A stretch of DNA of 64,000 nucleotides from Hamiltosporidium tvaerminnensis FI-OER-3-3 (lineage: Eukaryota; Fungi; Microsporidia), in contig CM061247.1 of assembly GCA_022605425.2 (NCBI GenBank), positions 1,364,001 through 1,428,000 of the forward strand, written 5' to 3'. Made by a program: the position numbers and the translations under genes. The notes below the pieces were generated by a model that saw nothing but the letters and a program-made list of their open reading frames with translations, made no database searches and was not told the DNA's origin. Within the stretch, counting starts at the first letter, position 1, and each line of letters opens with the position of its first letter. This document shows, piece after piece, positions 57,724 through 64,000 of the stretch.

Positions 57724-59956
57724 TGTCACGGGCCAATAAACTCCCTCTCATGTCCAATGAACCTTCGTTATTTCCTACACATTTTTAATCTTGATAACAC
57801 CCTTTATTTTTTCATATAGCCTTTTAATTTTTATATCCTTATAACGCACTTATTCCCTTTATTCGTATAAATCTTCTTATTTTAGTTTCCTTTCCAATAT
57901 TTTTTATCCATCCTTTTTTAACATTTCTTTTTTATAAACAAATAGGTTGTCTTAATTATGGATAAAATATCCAAAAACATTTATATTTTTCTTTTCAGTT
58001 CTTTTTTTGCTTTTTTCAGTTATTTGCATTTGCTAGAATTTGTAGGGCAAAATTTCGTTGTAGAATTTGATACAGGCACTAAAAAACATAAAATTGCATA
58101 TACATTTGACTAATGGTTTCTTATTATTTGTTTTTTTTTCTAAGTATTCAGTTTATGTATATATAAAAATATAATGTAACCAAAATGCCAAAATTGTAAG
58201 TTGTAAAAATACGAAAGAAAAAGAAATTCTTACTTCCTATTTAAAAACCGGTCAGTATCCAACTGCGTATTCCAAAGAAGAAAAGATTTTTTCAGCCATA
58301 ACATTTTACTTTGCTTGGAGATGATATTTGTTTTAAAAGCGCGATAATCTTATAAGAGCCGTTTTGGATTTGAAAATGCCTTGATTAAGCAAATTATTCA
58401 AACAGAGCATGCTGTTGCACACATCGGAGTAAATAAAATGATGGCTTTGATTGCAAAAAATACTATGGAATTCCCAAGGAATATATAAAAGAGTATGTTA
58501 AAGACTGTGAAGCATGTGGCGATTGCAATCTAAAAACAATTCAACCTATTTATATAAATCATATTACCAAAAAATATGATCTATTTATGATGGATTGTGT
58601 AGATCTCAGGAGATATAGTGATCAAAATGATACATATAGCTGGATTCTTTATGTAATCGACACATACACAAAACATCTCTGGAGCTTTTGGATGATTGAA
58701 AAAAATTCGAAATTAGTAAGAGATTCATTTAAATTTTTATTTAACAACTTCGGTGTCTCGGTGGCAATACAATCCGATAACAGTCGAGAGTTTAAAAATG
58801 CACTACTTGAAGCCTTTTTAACAGATGTTAACATCAAAATTATACATAAAAGACCACGCAATTCAAAGGCGAAAGGTTAAGTGGAACGTGTAAATCAAAC
58901 CATAAAAAGATGGCTAGCGAAGAAATTGCATGAAACTGGTGGAAGAAGGTGGATTGAACATCTTAATAAGTTGTTTGAGCATATAATAGAACAATACATA
59001 ATTCAACAAACAAATCTCCATTTATGCTTTTCTTCGGATAACCAGGTTTTAAAAATTCACTTTCTAGAAGCATAATAATGAAAACGAAGCCAGTATGATA
59101 GTGCCTGCTATTGATATAGATCCTGATATAGTTTTAGTCGAAGAAAATGCAACGGATACACAATGGATCCTGGAAATCGCCTCGGATGTACATGAAGAAT
59201 TTACCGAAACGGTAACCACTATAATAGCTGATGATCTCGGAAGCGAGCGTAAGATTCGTTCGGATGTGGCTAAGGATTTTAAAAAGTATAGAGAAAGAAT
59301 TATAGAAAGCAATAATTCGAATAAACCCAAGAGAGATTTGTCTATTGGAGATCAAGTTTTGATTAAAAAAAGACTTAGATATAAATACTAAAACTAAAAG
59401 AGCGCCTTTTGACTCTTTTTGCGATAATTCGGTTTTTACAGTTACCGTTATTTTGATGAACAACATGATTGAAGTAAAAAACAATGATGGTGATATCAGA
59501 ACAGTTTTCAAAAACGCAATAAAACGTATGTAATTTAATTTACTTTGCAATTATAATAAGCATTTTTTATTATTTAAGTACTATAATGAAAGTTTTATGC
59601 CTATTCTGGCAAAACTTGAAATATATTTTTTTGGGAGGAAATTCAAGTTAAAAACTAATTAGCATTTTTCAAACAGACCCCCCTATTAAATTTAGAGAAA
59701 AAAATTACTTCCTTTTTTCAAATATATGGCCTTACGTAAAATATATGAAAATAACGGGGGTTCTATAAATAATTAGAAAATAAGGAGGGTTCTATAAATC
59801 ATTGAAAAATAAAGGGGGGGTTGTATAGGAAATAACGAAGGCTATATAAATCATTAGAAAATAACGGGGTTCTATAAATCATTAAAAAATAAAGGGGGGG
59901 TGTATACGAAATAACGGGGGTTCTATTGGACATGGGGGGTTTATCGGCCCGTGACA
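57724..59956 (+). mobile_element. Ginger2/TDD-like (Gypsy-integrase-related) DNA transposon, 2233 bp
   Basis: ~55-bp inverted termini TGTCACGGGCC.ATAAAC...CATGTCCAAT; 5-bp duplication ATAAA (57719-57723, 59957-59961); integrase only, no RT or LTRs; ~30-bp subterminal repeats at 59745-59925. Confidence 0.88.
58185..59533 (+). pseudogene. Ginger-type integrase/transposase, disrupted
   Basis: HHCC (EHAVAHIG...DCEAC), DDE core (MDCVD, QSDNSREF, G*VER); stops and frameshifts. Confidence 0.88.
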
Positions 59957-59964
59957 ATAAATTT

Positions 59965-62098
59965 ATTTAATAAAATTCTGGGTTAAAATATTTTTAACAT
60001 TTTTAAATGTTTTCTTCTACCTCTTTAACCACTATTGTCTCTTATTCCAAATCCGAATCTTCATTTATGTTATTGGTCGGTTCCTCTAAAGTGGTTCCTC
60101 TTTGTGAAATAAAGGGTGCTTTATTTTTCGGTTTAAAATTCCTTACAACATCTTCCTCTGTTTTCGCTTCTTTTAAAGGGGGTATTGGTTCCTCATGCAT
60201 CTCTGCTCTCATAATAACACCCATTGACGCTCTCTCCCAGCTCTCTTCGGCATTTAGTCCTGACTCAAGTCCTCTTCGTCGATCAAAGTAAATTGTTTCG
60301 ACTGTCTTCTTAAGTACTATAGACTGAATGTATGCCTCTACATTCATGGGTATTTCTAGTCTTTTAATATGAGAATTATGGTATTTTGTCACTAATGTCC
60401 CAGGTCATGGCATAAGGGATTATCTCAACACTACACTTATAAATAAGGCCCAACTCATTGGCTAGCAGGTCATACTTCCTAAGTTTTTCAGTTTCAACTA
60501 TTTGAAGTGAATCTTGGGAAGTGATTCCTACTTCAATGAGTGTTATCTTATTCTTCTTCTTATCTAAAATAAATATGTCGGGTCTGTTATTCCGAATTTT
60601 AACATCAGTTTTAATTCTGGTGTCCACTCTTATCTCTGCATACTCATTATCAAGAATTTCTTGAACTGAGTGACTCCTAATTCGTTTAGAGGACTTAAAC
60701 ATATATCTATTTAAGAGAAGTAAGTGTAGGCATCTAACCACTTCATTATGCCGTCTGGCGTAGTCATGGCCTAGCATTTTTTCACATCGAGTTTCTAGAT
60801 GATCTACAGTCTTACCAGACTTCCCGCAGTGTTGACACACACCATCTGCTCCCCAGAATACATTTCTATCCTGAATATAGCAGAACACTGCTTCATCACG
60901 CGGCCTAAAATTTTCTCTCTTTAACCATCTTGAAGAGTCACTAACACTCACAAGCTCATTTTTTCTTGCATTATATAACTTTGAATGTAGTTTTCGTTTT
61001 TCTATTTCGTTATATAGTTTTGCAAGTTGAGCTTTTTCTAAACTTTTCTTAGTGACTTCTTCTACCAACCTGTACTTTACTTTTAAGAAGCCTTTTATTA
61101 GTGCAAGATGGGTTTTATTGTTAGTCTCCACCTTGAGGATTGCTGCTCTTCTAGTTGATATTTCTTTACTTTTTTCCAGACAATCCAAGAGTTGCAGAAG
61201 CATATGTTCGCTTCGCAACTCAACACTATAAAGGCCTCTTCCAATTCAGTTGTAGGAAGATACAAACGCTCTTTACATCTTGGGCAAAGATGTATCTTAT
61301 TCTTCACCAACACCGCACGCACTGCATCATCTAACTTAGAGAAGTCAGCCGGTTCAAGTCGAAGTACTCCTATGTGATAGTTGATTAACGATATCGCATG
61401 TTTATTAATTTCAGAAAATAAATTTTTTGCATTTAATCTAGTGTGACAAAGTCTTTCAACTCTTGATATAAGTTTGCTCTGTACTTCTTCAAATGAGCTA
61501 CGTGTTGGGATTCCTCTGCTATCTTCTATTATTCCTAAATATTTGTAAACATTAACACCTTCTAAAAAATTAGCAGTATCTTCACAACACGTATCATTTG
61601 TGGCTGACTTCTCTTTGTTAATCTCTGAGCCAATCTCCTTTTAAAATTCCTTTGCCTCGCCTGTCATAGCACTCAATGTGGAGCTGTCTTTTGCGAGGAG
61701 CTTTAGATCATCAATAAACAAGAGATGATTAGTAGAATAGGATTCTGCATCTGTTTGTACTGTCACCTTTGTGTATTTTTTCAGCTTTCGGCTCAATAGA
61801 TCCCTACACTAACAAACAATAATGGTGACAGACTATCTTCTTGCAGCATCTTTTCTTAATATTTTTCTGCATGATTTTTTGAGGCCCTACTGATATATCA
61901 ATTTTCCATTTTGATATAATTACCTTAATAAATTTCAGGATACAATCAGGTAAATTAAGGTTTTCAATGCATTGAGTTAAATAAGCATGATCTATTGAAT
62001 CTAAGCTTTTTTAACATCAATCCATGTTGCTTTAAGATTGTTTCCATACTCTTATTTAAGGAAATGTTAAATAGAGCCTGCTCTTTCGCTCCTTGCAC
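59965..62098 (-). mobile_element. R4/Dong-like non-LTR retrotransposon, copy 3 (5'-truncated)
   Basis: CQHCGKSGKTVDHLETRC, RRHNEV, NRPDIFI...LIEVGI, KLRKYD (CCHC plus REL endonuclease); RT part frameshifted. Confidence 0.92.
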
Positions 62099-63631
62099 AG
62101 AAACTAATAAATACAGTTATCATGTGAAACACTATATATGATTAGCAAATAAAGTGTTTGTTATTTAATAAGGTTCTTTCTTGCATAGACGATACAATGC
62201 ATGTGGTGTGGAGTTTGATAGGATTTATCTATATATACAGGGTATCGGACATTTTTATCTTATTAGACCAGAACTTAGAAGCGGTCTTTAATATTTTAAA
62301 TTGTGATTTATGAAATCCGCTTGAAAATCTTTGATTGATGCAAATGAAAAAAAAGTATATATTGTAATTGGGGCAATTTTAAAAGTCAAAAATAATAATA
62401 AAACCCATCTTGCATCGATAAAAGACGACCTTAACGTAAAATATATGATAGAAAGAAAGTTTGAGGTAGGACTAATAGAGGAATTTTAATGTGTAGTTTT
62501 ATATAGCAAAATAGAAATACTAACTAAGTCAAGGCCATGATAAAAATAATAAGCTATTTAATATTATTTTTCCCACAGAAAGGCATAAAAAAGGATGCAT
62601 CAGGGTGCTTGATCTATGAGTTTTTTTTTCATATCTCGATATATAAAAGTACTGTTAAGAGTAGAGGGGAGTTCTCCTGTATTTTAATATAAAATGATAA
62701 AACAATAAAGTATTTTCCATTTCGATGTAAAATATTACACCAAAATGACTATATCAGACGACATAATAAATGAGTTAGATGCCTACGCTCGTTTATTCTA
62801 AATTGATACGAATTTAAGCCTAACAGATGATATAGGAGTCATTCAGTTCAGAAAATTTAGACGACGAGTATGTGATATTTAGGCAGATGCCTTGATCAAA
62901 ATCCTCTCAATGCCAGATTAATTGACACGATATGCTTATTTAAGATAAAGCCTAAATATAAAAACGCTGGTTTAGGCGGAACTACACCCAAGATTTACTT
63001 CAAATTTCGAAACTAAAAAGTTTAGAATCTATTGTTTTTAATCCAATAATTTATGTCTTGTTTATACGATTAGTATTGAGACAATCTTCTTTTGATAATC
63101 TAGGTGGTGTTGAGAAAAATACCATAATAAATACTTTAAAAAGACTTCTGATACTTATGAAAAAAAAGACATACAATCAGTTCATACAGCTCAAAAAGAC
63201 AAACGAAACAGTTTCCTTTGATCTACCTATAAATCTTGAACAAATACCCAGGATTTTAGGAATGAATATTTCTTATTCAATACGATGAAATGATAGCAGA
63301 ACGTCTATACACGTTTAAAAATTTTTATGAACGAATAAAACAATATTTTCTAAAAAAATCTGCAAAATATTGGCCTTAAGATATAATTTGTATGTTTAAT
63401 TACGATATAACATATCTATATAAAGGTATCAAATATAAAAAAATTTCAAATAGACCAAGGAAAGAAGTAGAAAAAAATAATCACCGAGTAATTTATCCAG
63501 AATTGAATAAATTTATTTCGAATCGAAATTATTTGCAAAATTATAAATTTTTAATTTTTTCGTTACAAATTGAAACAACTAGAAAAAATAATTAAAAAAG
63601 GGTCAAAATTTATTTTAATCCAAGTCTAAAT

Positions 63632-63988
63632 CTATTCTTCGGCTTGATAATTTTCGTTTCTATAAAAGAAATCAAGATACTCTATTCTATCTAATTGTGT
63701 CATGAATTGAATTGGTTTGAGAGTTCGATCGGATTCTACATATAAAAATCTTTTTTTTGTAATTTGTTTGAAGCCCAGGTCTAGGTTACTGTGCGAATCG
63801 CGATTTTCAGTAAGATTTAATTTTTTAGCTTTACTAGTATAGCGTAGCGATGTTAGTATATGACAACAACAAAGAATTTCTACCGCTCTTTTACTTTTTA
63901 TGTTAATCGTTAATTTTTTATCTTTTTTGATTATAGATCCGGTTTCTGTCTCTATCGTGAAGTCTTCTAATTTCCCAAAGCAAAACAT
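63632..63988 (-). pseudogene. Possible Ty3/Gypsy RT remnant
   Basis: FTIETETGSII and LDLGFKQI resemble the Gypsy RT N-terminal and LDL..GfhQI motifs; very degenerate. Confidence 0.3.
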
Positions 63989-64000
63989 TTTATCATATAA

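Noticed and set aside
59745-59925. CRISPR-like repeat array
   Set aside because: Eukaryotic context and no unique spacers; these are Ginger subterminal repeats.
57724-59956. Gypsy LTR retrotransposon
   Set aside because: Termini are inverted rather than direct, and there is no gag, RT or RNase H; it fits Ginger.

Overview
AT-rich eukaryotic genomic DNA that reads as a large-genome microsporidian. The evidence is the apparently intron-free, divergent housekeeping genes, CCC/GGG motifs just upstream of ATGs, and R4/Dong-type REL retrotransposons; the repeat style suggests a Hamiltosporidium-like species (inference). Genes: a myosin heavy chain missed by the ORF track (minus strand, 2841 to off the left edge), a TM-anchored proline-repeat protein, a coiled-coil protein, cyclophilin, POP4, two paralogous 250-aa secreted proteins, a multi-pass membrane protein, Rrn7/TAF1B-like, a frameshifted CDC45, a Cdc24-like RhoGEF, MLH1 and POP1. 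Between gene clusters lie TE remnants: a DD39D mariner inside one arm of a ~0.9-kb inverted repeat, two Ginger2/TDD-like elements, three R4/Dong-like LINEs, a tRNA-derived SINE, and Helitron/RTE/piggyBac/hAT/Gypsy debris. Two signals stand out. (1) More than half of the visible myosin CDS consists of stop-free, 3n-periodic insertions, each with 5'-(G-rich AGGGTG)-(C-rich CACCCT)-3' head-to-head polarity, the geometry expected if both ends of a break were extended with G-rich repeats and rejoined. (2) An unrecognised ~730-bp, GC-richer, structured non-coding mobile element has 13-bp direct flanking repeats and no TIRs, occurring as 3 full copies plus 2 fragments, mostly close to genes. All alignments and folds were done by eye; no database searches were run.
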